Virus record (IMG/VR): IMGVR_UViG_2913112809_000005
From: a virus
Lineage: Duplodnaviria > Heunggongvirae > Uroviricota > Caudoviricetes
Reading direction: 5' to 3' (one strand)
Length of the DNA: 16,976 bases
Of the stretch, positions 1 through 8,074 are shown one piece after another; the first letter of the stretch is position 1; each line of letters begins with the position of its first letter. The notes beneath the pieces were generated by a model. It saw only the letters and a list, made by a program, of their open reading frames with translations. It searched no databases and had not been told where the DNA came from. The translations under genes and the position numbers were made by a program.

Positions 1-1047
1 TCAATCAAACCAATTGCTAATTACAGTTTCAAACTTGTGAGTGACTTGCCACCATAAATAATTTTCCATGACAAATTGTTTTCCGTGATGGGCAACACTA
101 AGTAAATCAGGATTGTTAAGTGTTTTTTCTATATCCACAGCAATTGTTTCGGGTGTCATCGGTTCTTGCAGGTGATAGCCAGTATCTTTATCTTTTACAA
201 ATTCTATCATTCCACCTCGAGTACTCACCAGTACAGGTTTACCTGCGCTCATAGCTTCTATTGCCACCATACAAAATGGCTCCTGAAATTGAGATGGAAT
301 AACAACTAAATCAGCTAAAGAATAATATTGATGCATTTCCTCAGGAGTGACACCTCCTAACATATGGCAGTGTGAACCTGGTTGTTTTGCTAATTCTCGA
401 ATTTTCTGTTGGTAAATTCCTTTTTCACCCTTACTTTTGCTCGCATAATCTCCGATAACAACCAGTTCTATATCATCACGGGTTCTGATGAGTAGTTCAA
501 ACGCTTGTAGAAGTAACATCAATCCTTTTTCAGGAGATATCCTTCCCGCATAAAATATAATCTTCTTGTCAGGGGGGATGTTCAGATCAGATCTGTTTAT
601 TTTGGCATGGTGCTTGTCCGTATTATATGGATCTGTTCCATTTGGAACTATAGCGATATCTGCATCAGGAAGAAGCCTTTGATAATAGTCTTTTAAATAG
701 TTACTGGGGACGAGCATTTTGACATTGACATCCATTCCTTTTGGCTCATAAGCGTTATGCATATGCATCACTATTTTTGCATGAGGTGAACGCTCACGAA
801 TCTGGCGATATAATTTCATGCTATTATGCACAACGATTACACTGTTATCCGTAATATTGAAATCGTTAGCGACATTCAAAATTCGTTGAGAATAAGGAAA
901 GGGATCTATACGCGTCAATTTCTGAAATATGCGTTTATAAATTCGACCGAATCCGATGCGATGAATTGAACATCGTTCACTGACAGTGGTGATATCAGAA
1001 TAACCTTCTTCTTTTATACAAACAATTCTATTCGGTATTCTTGTCAT
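1..1047 (-). CDS. Glycosyltransferase, GT-B fold, family 4 (group 1 glycosyltransferase); complete 348-aa ORF
   Basis: 348-aa ORF with stop at 1-3. C-terminal half has the E-x7-E signature of retaining GT4 enzymes (EPFCMVAIEAMSAGKPVL) and a GT-B nucleotide-sugar-binding layout. Gene is visibly AT-rich compared with the adjacent tail cluster. Confidence 0.75.
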   Translation of the reverse strand: MTRIPNRIVCIKEEGYSDITTVSERCSIHRIGFGRIYKRIFQKLTRIDPFPYSQRILNVANDFNITDNSVIVVHNSMKLYRQIRERSPHAKIVMHMHNAYEPKGMDVNVKMLVPSNYLKDYYQRLLPDADIAIVPNGTDPYNTDKHHAKINRSDLNIPPDKKIIFYAGRISPEKGLMLLLQAFELLIRTRDDIELVVIGDYASKSKGEKGIYQQKIRELAKQPGSHCHMLGGVTPEEMHQYYSLADLVVIPSQFQEPFCMVAIEAMSAGKPVLVSTRGGMIEFVKDKDTGYHLQEPMTPETIAVDIEKTLNNPDLLSVAHHGKQFVMENYLWWQVTHKFETVISNWFD

Positions 1048-1492
1048 CTTAGCAACCTGATAAATCCAGGTTTCTACAGCAGCGGCGCAACGTGGAGGAA
1101 TGGAAAAAAATTGGCGTAACAGTGAAAATTATTTTATCAACCATGACGTATTATCCTTTCTTTTATTACCTTACTTTTCCAGAGGAGTGAGGCAGTAAAC
1201 ATGTGGTTTCCTCGCATCGTCTATGAGGGTACCCAAAGGACAAACTATATTTGAAGTGATTTATAACGCAATATATTTATGTTTAAAAATCGCTTCTTAT
1301 TCTTCACGTGAATGTTTTGTTTGGGATAATATTTTTTATAAATACGTTATAGCCTAATTATAAATAGCCAAGCGGAATAGTTCTCCATTTTCGGTCAGCC
1401 CTTTCGGGGTAAGGCGCAGAGGCCATTCTCTCTGTCTGACCGTGCTTGCATCGGGGAGGTGTACATATAAGCTATTTAGAGTATATAAGGAA

Positions 1493-1509
1493 CCGGGCAT
1501 TGTGCCCGG
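1493..1509 (-). terminator. Intrinsic terminator hairpin closing the tail operon
   Basis: Perfect 7-bp GC-rich inverted repeat CCGGGCA-ttg-TGCCCGG, 6 nt downstream (minus strand) of the TAA stop at 1516-1518, followed on the minus strand by a pyrimidine/U-rich stretch (TTCCTTATATACTC). Confidence 0.55.
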
Positions 1510-1515
1510 TGTTAT

Positions 1516-1971
1516 TTACGGATGGGATTGCCAGCTACTTACTAAGGCATACAAGTGATTTGGTGAGTATCGCCAGCTATCTTTTAATTGCAGGAATTCA
1601 GCACAAAACTCACTGCAAAACAGGCGATCGCGCTGTTCTTTATTGCCGGTGATAATTCCTAAGGCTCCGCGCCAGTCATAGCGTTTGCCATCATGTTTAC
1701 GGAAAAAAGCTTCCACATCCTGAAGATTGGCCTGGAGCGGTAGCATATCCCACTTGTCTGGAGGTAATGGCATTATCTTTCCCCGAACGCCTCGATCGCG
1801 CAGAGATGCGGAGTAACAAAGGTAACTCTTTTCGCCATGTACTACGGCTAATTCACAGTGGGAATAACTACCACGTGTGATTTTGCGTGTAAGCCAGTCA
1901 GCCAGTCTCGCAATACCCCGGTGCTCTGTTCGGCCCTTATAACAAGCGAGCCAGACAGTGGTTTTACTCAT
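1516..1971 (-). CDS. YiiX/YaeF-family (DUF830) permuted papain-fold protein, putative amidase/peptidase; no signal peptide
   Basis: 151-aa ORF translationally coupled to the upstream fibre-chaperone gene (4-nt overlap). Has the His-then-Cys permuted order with motifs SYSHCELAV, GKRYDWRGA and LFCSEFCAEF, matching from memory the YSH, KPYDF and CSE motifs of E. coli YiiX/YaeF. Last gene before the operon terminator. Confidence 0.55.
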   Translation of the reverse strand: MSKTTVWLACYKGRTEHRGIARLADWLTRKITRGSYSHCELAVVHGEKSYLCYSASLRDRGVRGKIMPLPPDKWDMLPLQANLQDVEAFFRKHDGKRYDWRGALGIITGNKEQRDRLFCSEFCAEFLQLKDSWRYSPNHLYALVSSWQSHP

Positions 1972-2573
1972 GGTTGCCAGCCTGTGGAGTAATCGTAGTC
2001 GAGCACCGCCTGAATATCGTCCAGAGCTTCCACTGCTGCGATATGGCGCTGGGCGTTGGCGAACAAGCGCATATCGTGATCCATTGTTACCGATTCAAAC
2101 TGGGCAGCGATTTCGTTGGTTAACTCGATCAGACCGTGGTTTTTGGTCTGCCACATTAAACCTGCCGGGATCTGCTTCGCCAGGCCCATTTTGGTTAACG
2201 ACATCTGCTGGATACGGCTGTTTGTATCACTGTGGAAGTGATGGTTATTGATGATGATGTAGTCTACCGTTATTTCATCTCGTCGATTTTTTATTTCCTG
2301 TGTAACCTGGGTCTTGGTATTCTCTAGTGCAATGGTAAATAACGTTTTGTCATATACCCATTTATCATTCTCTAAGATATAAAAGTTATCCGGAGGTGGT
2401 GTGGTGATAATTTTGAATGGGTCAAGACATATCCAGCAGATATTATCCTTTAATTTCCATTGCTCATCATTTACTGGTATTACCGAGTCCAGTAACACAA
2501 CATTTAATAAAGAATCGTCTATCCAGTCAATAACTTCAAAAGTTACTGGATTGTAATATGCATATTGTGTCAT
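1968..2573 (-). CDS. Putative tail-fibre assembly/chaperone protein (position-based call; C-terminal half possibly DUF4376-like)
   Basis: 201-aa ORF starting 4 nt after the tail-fibre stop on the same strand, the canonical position for a fibre chaperone. 5' half is visibly AT-rich and 3' half GC-rich, suggesting mosaic origin. Confidence 0.45.
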   Translation of the reverse strand: MTQYAYYNPVTFEVIDWIDDSLLNVVLLDSVIPVNDEQWKLKDNICWICLDPFKIITTPPPDNFYILENDKWVYDKTLFTIALENTKTQVTQEIKNRRDEITVDYIIINNHHFHSDTNSRIQQMSLTKMGLAKQIPAGLMWQTKNHGLIELTNEIAAQFESVTMDHDMRLFANAQRHIAAVEALDDIQAVLDYDYSTGWQP

Positions 2574-2577
2574 ATTT

Positions 2578-4131
2578 TCACCATGATATTTTTACAAAGC
2601 CATCTGAGCCGCGTCCGCCGGAAAAAGATGCTGATGTTTGATTATTTGCTGCACTACCACCAGCACCACCGGCACCATAACCAACGGCATTACCTCCGTT
2701 AGAAAGGGCTAAACCAATCCCCCCTAGGCCATATAGTGAATTCATTCCATTCCCACCAGGAGCAGAGTGTTGGTCAACCATGGTATTCCCACTACCGTTT
2801 CCACCTGTTCCCCCGTAAGCTACGCTGTCAGCAAATGATGAGTTCCCGCCTTGCATGCCATCTGAGGCATGAACATTCCAAAGAATACCTCCAGTTGATC
2901 CCATCTTTGATTCTAATTTTCCCCCTTGACCACCTACACCTCCCGCTCCGACAGTGACAGCGTAATTTGTTCCTGGAATGACTGTGACTATTGATAATTT
3001 TGTTTCTCCGCATTGACCGCCAAAACCCTGCGTACTATATGGAAAACCAGAGTTGCCTTTTGCGTATCCACCGCCACCGCCACCGCCTCCGCCACCGAGC
3101 ATTTCTATAAAAAGTAAGGACACCCCATCAGGAACAGTAAACGTTCCATTGGTGGTAAAGAACTGGATGTGAGAATTCGTTGACCTACTATATGCAGCAT
3201 TAGCCTTATCTATTGCCGCCTTCACCGCGCTCGGTGTCGCCGCCTCCGTCGTACTGTTGCTATCCGTCGCGTTATTAAGCTTCACAATCCCTTTTTGTGT
3301 CAGGGTACCATCCGGAACACCCGTAATCTGTCCCCAGGGATGCGTATGACTACCCGCAGCTTTACTATTCGCCAGGTCATACGCCGCCTTAACCGCGCTC
3401 GGTGTTGCCGCCTCTGTCGTGCTGTTGCTATTGGTTGCGTTATTAAGCTTCACAATCCCTTTTTGCGTCAGCGTACTATCTGGTATATCAGTAATCTGAC
3501 TCCAGGTATGACGATGATTTCGAGCCTCAATCATTGCCGCTTTCACCGCTTTTGGCGTAGCCGCTTTGGTTTCGTCATCACTGTCAGTGGCGTTACTCAA
3601 CTGTGTAAAGCCTTTTTGCGTTAACGTAGCATCAGGATGATTAGTCGAACGCTCATGTTCATCCAGTTGTGAATCAACATAATCCCGTGTTGCCAGTACA
3701 ATACTGGGGTCAACGGTGAGTGTTACCGCAGCCGTGTTGGACACTTCCATAATGAGACGAATGCAAACTTGCTTACCGCAGCCGCCGGGTAATAGCGGTT
3801 TATACGATTCCGGGAATTTACCGATAGCGATCAATTCACCATCAGTATCATAAACGCCAACTTCACGTACATACCAGCCGCCGATATTTTCGGGCAGCAC
3901 GAGTTCCGCAATTAACCAGTTAGGGTTATTTGGTGCAACTGTTAATGTATTTAAATCACCGCGCCATACTTCATGGCGTAATTTAGTTTGGCTGACGGTG
4001 GGTTCATAATATTGTCCTCCGCTGTCGCCAACAGCCATTTTTTGTAGATGAAGCTGTTTTTTATCCGCCAGAGCATTGGCAATTTTTGCCATTCCCCTGT
4101 CGGTGAGTAGAGTATAAAACTCATTATCCAT
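2578..4131 (-). CDS. Tail fibre protein (P2 gpH-like N-terminal baseplate-attachment domain, tandem fibre repeats, glycine-rich C-terminal tip)
   Basis: 517-aa ORF. N-terminus (MAVGDSGGQYYEP...HEVWRGDL...IAELVLPENIGGWYVREVGVYD...ESYKP) matches the conserved P2 gpH / Mu S N-terminal domain. Three tandem repeats of TLTQKG(I/F)..L.NAT.S...EAATP.AVKAA follow. C-terminal about 180 aa is extremely Gly-rich, including a run of 10 Gly. Confidence 0.85.
   Translation of the reverse strand: MDNEFYTLLTDRGMAKIANALADKKQLHLQKMAVGDSGGQYYEPTVSQTKLRHEVWRGDLNTLTVAPNNPNWLIAELVLPENIGGWYVREVGVYDTDGELIAIGKFPESYKPLLPGGCGKQVCIRLIMEVSNTAAVTLTVDPSIVLATRDYVDSQLDEHERSTNHPDATLTQKGFTQLSNATDSDDETKAATPKAVKAAMIEARNHRHTWSQITDIPDSTLTQKGIVKLNNATNSNSTTEAATPSAVKAAYDLANSKAAGSHTHPWGQITGVPDGTLTQKGIVKLNNATDSNSTTEAATPSAVKAAIDKANAAYSRSTNSHIQFFTTNGTFTVPDGVSLLFIEMLGGGGGGGGGGYAKGNSGFPYSTQGFGGQCGETKLSIVTVIPGTNYAVTVGAGGVGGQGGKLESKMGSTGGILWNVHASDGMQGGNSSFADSVAYGGTGGNGSGNTMVDQHSAPGGNGMNSLYGLGGIGLALSNGGNAVGYGAGGAGGSAANNQTSASFSGGRGSDGFVKISW
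3068..3097 (-). repeat. Imperfect hexanucleotide (GGTGGC/CCGCCA)n tract encoding a Gly10 run inside the tail fibre gene
   Basis: Plus strand reads ccaccgccaccgccaccgcctccgccaccg; on the coding strand this is GGT GGC GGA GGC GGT GGC GGT GGC GGT GGA. Confidence 0.8.
3185..3640 (-). repeat. Three tandem, diverged 150-170 bp repeats inside the tail fibre gene (phage tail-fibre repeat units)
   Basis: Near-identical DNA blocks are visible (e.g. ccgcgctcggtgtcgccgcctccgtcgt...ttattaagcttcacaatccctttttgtgtcag versus ccgcgctcggtgttgccgcctctgtcgt...ttattaagcttcacaatccctttttgcgtcag). The protein shows three copies of the TLTQKG...EAATPSAVKAA unit. Confidence 0.8.
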
Positions 4132-4133
4132 AA

Positions 4134-4781
4134 TTACTCCGGGTAAATAGATGTAATTTCAAGGCTCCATTGCCCTGTTCCGTAATAAATCGATGTGTTG
4201 TGCTGTACTTCCCGTATCTGGAAAGGTAAAACCGTCGTCAGTTCACCACCATAAAGTGCACAGCCAATAACAGGAATAGCACTTTGGTTAATGATCCAGA
4301 CGATTAATGCTTCCAGTTTTGAACGTGTGTTTTTATATTCATGAATGAGTTCTACCAAATCATTGAAAAGGTTTTCATCCATACCTTTATCCACCAGCTC
4401 TATATCCACCTTAAAAAAATAAGCCCTTCCCCCATATTCAAACCATTCTGAAATAGTTCCGGGTAATGAGAGTATTTCCAGCACCCGCCGCACCGCCCAA
4501 ATTGTTCCTTTATATTTATGCAGTTCAATGGCTTGTTTAATTAACTCGCGTTTCTCCCGCTCATCGGTGGTAAATAACCAACCTTCCAGCCCCTGAACGT
4601 GAAATTGTTCTGCAAGGGCTGGTAATGCCGAAGCATCAACCAGGTCGACCAGATAAACCATCAACGCCGTCAGATCGAGTTGGGCAAAACGCTCGGCGGC
4701 GATGTTTGCCAGAATGGAAAAACGCTCATCGCTGGCAAGCGGCGGCGGTGGCAGCAATTTATCCATCGCTGACTCCGGCAA
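4134..4781 (-). CDS. Baseplate protein, P2 gpI family (Mu gp48-like)
   Basis: 215-aa ORF with the characteristic N-terminal LLPPP..S....LA motif of gpI-family proteins; sits between gpJ and the tail fibre. True start may be the internal Met at about 4766 (MDKLLPPPP), which would remove the overlap with gpJ. Confidence 0.8.
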   Translation of the reverse strand: MPESAMDKLLPPPPLASDERFSILANIAAERFAQLDLTALMVYLVDLVDASALPALAEQFHVQGLEGWLFTTDEREKRELIKQAIELHKYKGTIWAVRRVLEILSLPGTISEWFEYGGRAYFFKVDIELVDKGMDENLFNDLVELIHEYKNTRSKLEALIVWIINQSAIPVIGCALYGGELTTVLPFQIREVQHNTSIYYGTGQWSLEITSIYPE

Positions 4782-5874
4782 TCGTGACGTCTATTGCGGT
4801 GCATTCCGCCCACTCATGCGCCTGCAAAATACGTTTTGTAGGCATATTCAGCGCAACGTCATAGACGCCATCGACCTGTAACACTTTGATTATCTGGTTT
4901 GGCACAATGTCCTGCCCCAGATGTTTCTGCCGCTGTTGCGTCCAGAGGCTAATCGCTTTACGCGCCGCAGCCAGCGTTGTCTCCTGATCGGCGGTGGTAA
5001 ACAGCATTAGCTGCGCACGGATCTCATACGGCACTCGAAGAGCGCATTTCGCACTCACTTTGTCGGTCAGCGGACGTTTTTTCTCCTTGCTAACCTCCTG
5101 TTCAATTTGCGCGAGCAGTTCCACTCCCGGCAGACCATTCAGCGTTAGCGGGTAGATCTCCACGCAGCCTTCTGGCAATCCCTCGTCCGGCCCCAGTACT
5201 GAAACGTCAATAATCGACTGGCTAACAGAAAGCGTATGGAAGCGGTATGCGCCATAGCTGCCCGCATTACTAAAGCTTTCTGGTGCCAGTTGGATACGCT
5301 GGCGCAATGCGTCATCGCTCTCTTCACCGCAGCCGCCCGTTGACGCAGTCAGGTTGGTTACGTTGATGTCATAATGACCAATCCTGTCGACCAGTGCGCT
5401 AATTTGTGCAGGCTGCCAGCCGTTACCCTGTTCACCTGCTGCGAGGCTGGTGGCAGGAACGGCGATATGCAAACTCCTGGCCGGAAGCAGAACATCTTCA
5501 TCGGTGGCGAACATCACGCTATCAGAGGCACTGGCCCGCGTCCCCTGGGGAATCAGGATATTGCTGGTATACGCACTGACGACCGAAAACTGCAACGTCG
5601 TTTTTGCCGGTTGTGCAGGCAAACGGTGAACGCCCACCAGCTCCCCTAAATAATCCAGCATTGGCGCGCGGGAATACGCGACCAGGTTTTGTTTCGCCGC
5701 TTCCTGAATGGCGATGCGTACAAGGTTTTCACGATAGGCAAACAGGTCGATGAGCAACCGCTCAGCCTGTGCAGGATAGAGTTTTTTACCGCTGGCATCT
5801 TCGTATTGCGCAATCATCTCACTGGTAATTTGCGCTGGATCGCGGTCAATAAAATTGGGTTCGGCTATCGCCAT
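4759..5874 (-). CDS. Baseplate protein, gpJ family (Mu gp47-like, T4 gp6-like wedge)
   Basis: 371-aa ORF in the conserved position between gpW and gpI; size and order match Baseplate_J proteins; overlaps both neighbours in the operon. Confidence 0.8.
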   Translation of the reverse strand: MAIAEPNFIDRDPAQITSEMIAQYEDASGKKLYPAQAERLLIDLFAYRENLVRIAIQEAAKQNLVAYSRAPMLDYLGELVGVHRLPAQPAKTTLQFSVVSAYTSNILIPQGTRASASDSVMFATDEDVLLPARSLHIAVPATSLAAGEQGNGWQPAQISALVDRIGHYDINVTNLTASTGGCGEESDDALRQRIQLAPESFSNAGSYGAYRFHTLSVSQSIIDVSVLGPDEGLPEGCVEIYPLTLNGLPGVELLAQIEQEVSKEKKRPLTDKVSAKCALRVPYEIRAQLMLFTTADQETTLAAARKAISLWTQQRQKHLGQDIVPNQIIKVLQVDGVYDVALNMPTKRILQAHEWAECTAIDVTIAGVSDG

Positions 5875-6224
5875 AACACCTCCGTTGAGTTGATTACGCC
5901 GTCAGCGGCGCGCCATTGCACACGTAACGTCAGATGTTCACCGTCGATTACAGGTGTCACCTTCAGCAACCGACAGCGCGGTTCCCACTGGCGAATGGCT
6001 TCCACCGACTCCCGTACCACATGCGGGATTGCCCGCTCGATGGGGTAATCGATGTAGTGCCACAAATTGCTGCCAAACAGCGGTCTGTGGGGATCACTGC
6101 CGCGCGGTGTACGCAGAATGATGTGTATTGCCTGGTGAATATCATCCAGTCCGCAGACGTATTTTTCAGGCCGCTGCAAGGCCGGTTGCCAGTGCAGCGT
6201 TGAGGGTCGTGTTTTTGTGTTCAT
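5865..6224 (-). CDS. Baseplate protein, GPW/gp25 family
   Basis: 119-aa ORF of the size and position of P2 gpW / T4 gp25 / Mu gp46 homologues, between the spike and gpJ. Confidence 0.75.
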   Translation of the reverse strand: MNTKTRPSTLHWQPALQRPEKYVCGLDDIHQAIHIILRTPRGSDPHRPLFGSNLWHYIDYPIERAIPHVVRESVEAIRQWEPRCRLLKVTPVIDGEHLTLRVQWRAADGVINSTEVLWR

Positions 6225-6297
6225 GAGGGTATTTTCGCCCTGAACGGGCTGCGGGGATATTAAAGCGATTTAGAAAACTGATTGATTAAAAAGAGAA

Positions 6298-6317
6298 AAC
6301 CCGCCATCAGGCGGGTT
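6298..6317 (-). terminator. Intrinsic terminator/attenuator between gpV and gpW
   Basis: 8-bp GC-rich stem AACCCGCC-tgat-GGCGGGTT, 5 nt downstream (minus strand) of the gpV TGA stop at 6323-6325, followed on the minus strand by TTCTCTTTTTAATCAATCAGTTTTCT. Confidence 0.6.
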
Positions 6318-6322
6318 AAACG

Positions 6323-7024
6323 TCAGTGTGAATGGTGGTTGGAGTTGCCACCGCTGTCCTGCAATGCGCCGCTGGCCTGAACGTTGCCGATCACGTTGAC
6401 ATTGCCAGTTATTGTGGCGGCGTTACCGATGCCTCCACTTCCTGCCATCCCGCCAAGCCAGGTGAGTTTTTTCATTACCGTCACGTTACCAGTAAAGGTG
6501 CTCATGGGCGCATCTACCGTCACTGCTGCCGCTTTAACATCGACCTTAGTGGCGTCGATGCTGACATCGGTCGCTTTAACATCGACAGTATCGGAAGTCA
6601 CGATGACCTGTTGGGCTTTAATCTCAACGTTGGGCGATGTCAGGCTGGTACGGTCGATAACCTCAATCACGATTTTCTCGATACCGCCGTTAATCGTCAG
6701 CTGGTGCGTGCTGCGGTCATATTCAAACGCTGCGCCATCAGAAAACTGGACGTAACGTTTATCGCGCGAGGCCACAGGCGCGGTGTCAACCGTAGAATAA
6801 ACTGCGCCCAGCACCACGCCATCTTCACCGTTATTGTCCAGCAGAACTTCCACTTGCTCGCCCATATCCGGTAGCCAGTAGTCTTTATTGTCCTGGGAAT
6901 TGCGTTGAAGTACCGCAAGCCAGTTGCTCTTCAGATTGTCACACTCCGGAAGCGTGACTCGCACCCGAACGCTGGTTTCGTCAATATCGCTGATAATCCC
7001 CGTTTGCCGGGTTACTCCTTTCAT
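6323..7024 (-). CDS. Baseplate central spike, gpV family (Mu gp45-like), with His-rich C-terminal tip
   Basis: 233-aa ORF with an N-terminal OB-fold-like region and a C-terminal repetitive beta-helix-like segment (VDVKATDVSIDATKVDVKAAAVTVDA), ending ...GGNSNHHSH. AGGAGG RBS 7-12 nt upstream. Confidence 0.8.
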   Translation of the reverse strand: MKGVTRQTGIISDIDETSVRVRVTLPECDNLKSNWLAVLQRNSQDNKDYWLPDMGEQVEVLLDNNGEDGVVLGAVYSTVDTAPVASRDKRYVQFSDGAAFEYDRSTHQLTINGGIEKIVIEVIDRTSLTSPNVEIKAQQVIVTSDTVDVKATDVSIDATKVDVKAAAVTVDAPMSTFTGNVTVMKKLTWLGGMAGSGGIGNAATITGNVNVIGNVQASGALQDSGGNSNHHSH

Positions 7025-7033
7025 ATTTCCTCC

Positions 7034-8074
7034 TTACTGGCTGGTCGCTGGCCCGCGCGACACGTCGATTTCAGTGGTATAGCCGCTGCGCACAAAACTG
7101 TGAGTCGATTTATCAATCAGCCACTGACCGGAAAGCACGCCAAAATCGGTCAGTTCAATTTTATTGCCCGCCGTCAGATCCGGGCAGCCCATCATTGTGA
7201 GCGTTCCGGTTTGCTGATATTCGTTGTGGCTGTCGAGTGCAGCGTTGGCCTTTGCCTGTGCTGCGCCAACGTCCGTCGCCCGACTGTTCAGTTTTAGCGT
7301 GTCGGCACTGGTGCCGACTCCACGGGCAGACGGTTTTTGCTGGCTGTCGTGAGTGTAGATAACCAGTTCTTTTTTCTTACTATTTTGATGCTGTACGGTG
7401 GCGTTTTTGTAGATACGGTTAATGGTATCTTTGAAGGTGAAATGCGAAACGTCTTTGCGGTTGATCTTTTTAACCGACGCCAGGCAGCGCAGCGTGGGTA
7501 AATGCGAAAAAATCAGCTCTTTGGTGCTCACCTTTACTGCATAGCCATATTCGCAGGCCAGGCGCTTGAGAAATCCAACATCGGTTTCGCCGTACTGTGT
7601 CACCCGGTCAATCGTCAGCGGCTCGATTTTGCCCACCAGCTTTAGGCCGTGAGTTTGTGCGATACGGCTGGCGATAGCCGAAAGCGTCGTTTCTTCAAAA
7701 CCCTGGCTGTTACGGGTGCGCAGCGCCTGATTGACGGAAGTGGCGATGCCATCAATATTTACCGTAGAAGGTGGCGCTGAAATGTCGATTTTATCAATAA
7801 TATACTGACCACAATCGAGCAGCTTTTCCCCCTGATAACCCATATGCAGCGCCAGCGTATCGCCTTTGCCGGGATACCACTCTTTTATCCAGCGTCCATC
7901 AGTGTCATCCAGTGTAATTGCGATGGTATCTGACTCGTTTTTGATGCTGTCGTGGTAACTGATGCTGGTGACATAGGGTGTGATGTCATAAGTGATATCT
8001 TTATGCCCATACCAGAGGGTAAAAATGGGCGTGAGTGTGGCAAAGACGCCACCAGTTACGCTTATCTCAGCCAT
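7034..8074 (-). CDS. Baseplate hub protein, P2 gpD family (late control gene D protein; Mu gp44-like)
   Basis: 346-aa ORF of the size and position of gpD/gp27-like hub proteins, directly before the spike. Confidence 0.8.
   Translation of the reverse strand: MAEISVTGGVFATLTPIFTLWYGHKDITYDITPYVTSISYHDSIKNESDTIAITLDDTDGRWIKEWYPGKGDTLALHMGYQGEKLLDCGQYIIDKIDISAPPSTVNIDGIATSVNQALRTRNSQGFEETTLSAIASRIAQTHGLKLVGKIEPLTIDRVTQYGETDVGFLKRLACEYGYAVKVSTKELIFSHLPTLRCLASVKKINRKDVSHFTFKDTINRIYKNATVQHQNSKKKELVIYTHDSQQKPSARGVGTSADTLKLNSRATDVGAAQAKANAALDSHNEYQQTGTLTMMGCPDLTAGNKIELTDFGVLSGQWLIDKSTHSFVRSGYTTEIDVSRGPATSQ

Noticed and set aside
1446-1652. 68-aa plus-strand ORF
   Set aside because: It starts at TTG, runs through the terminator hairpin and overlaps the 3' end of the YiiX-like gene on the opposite strand; no RBS.
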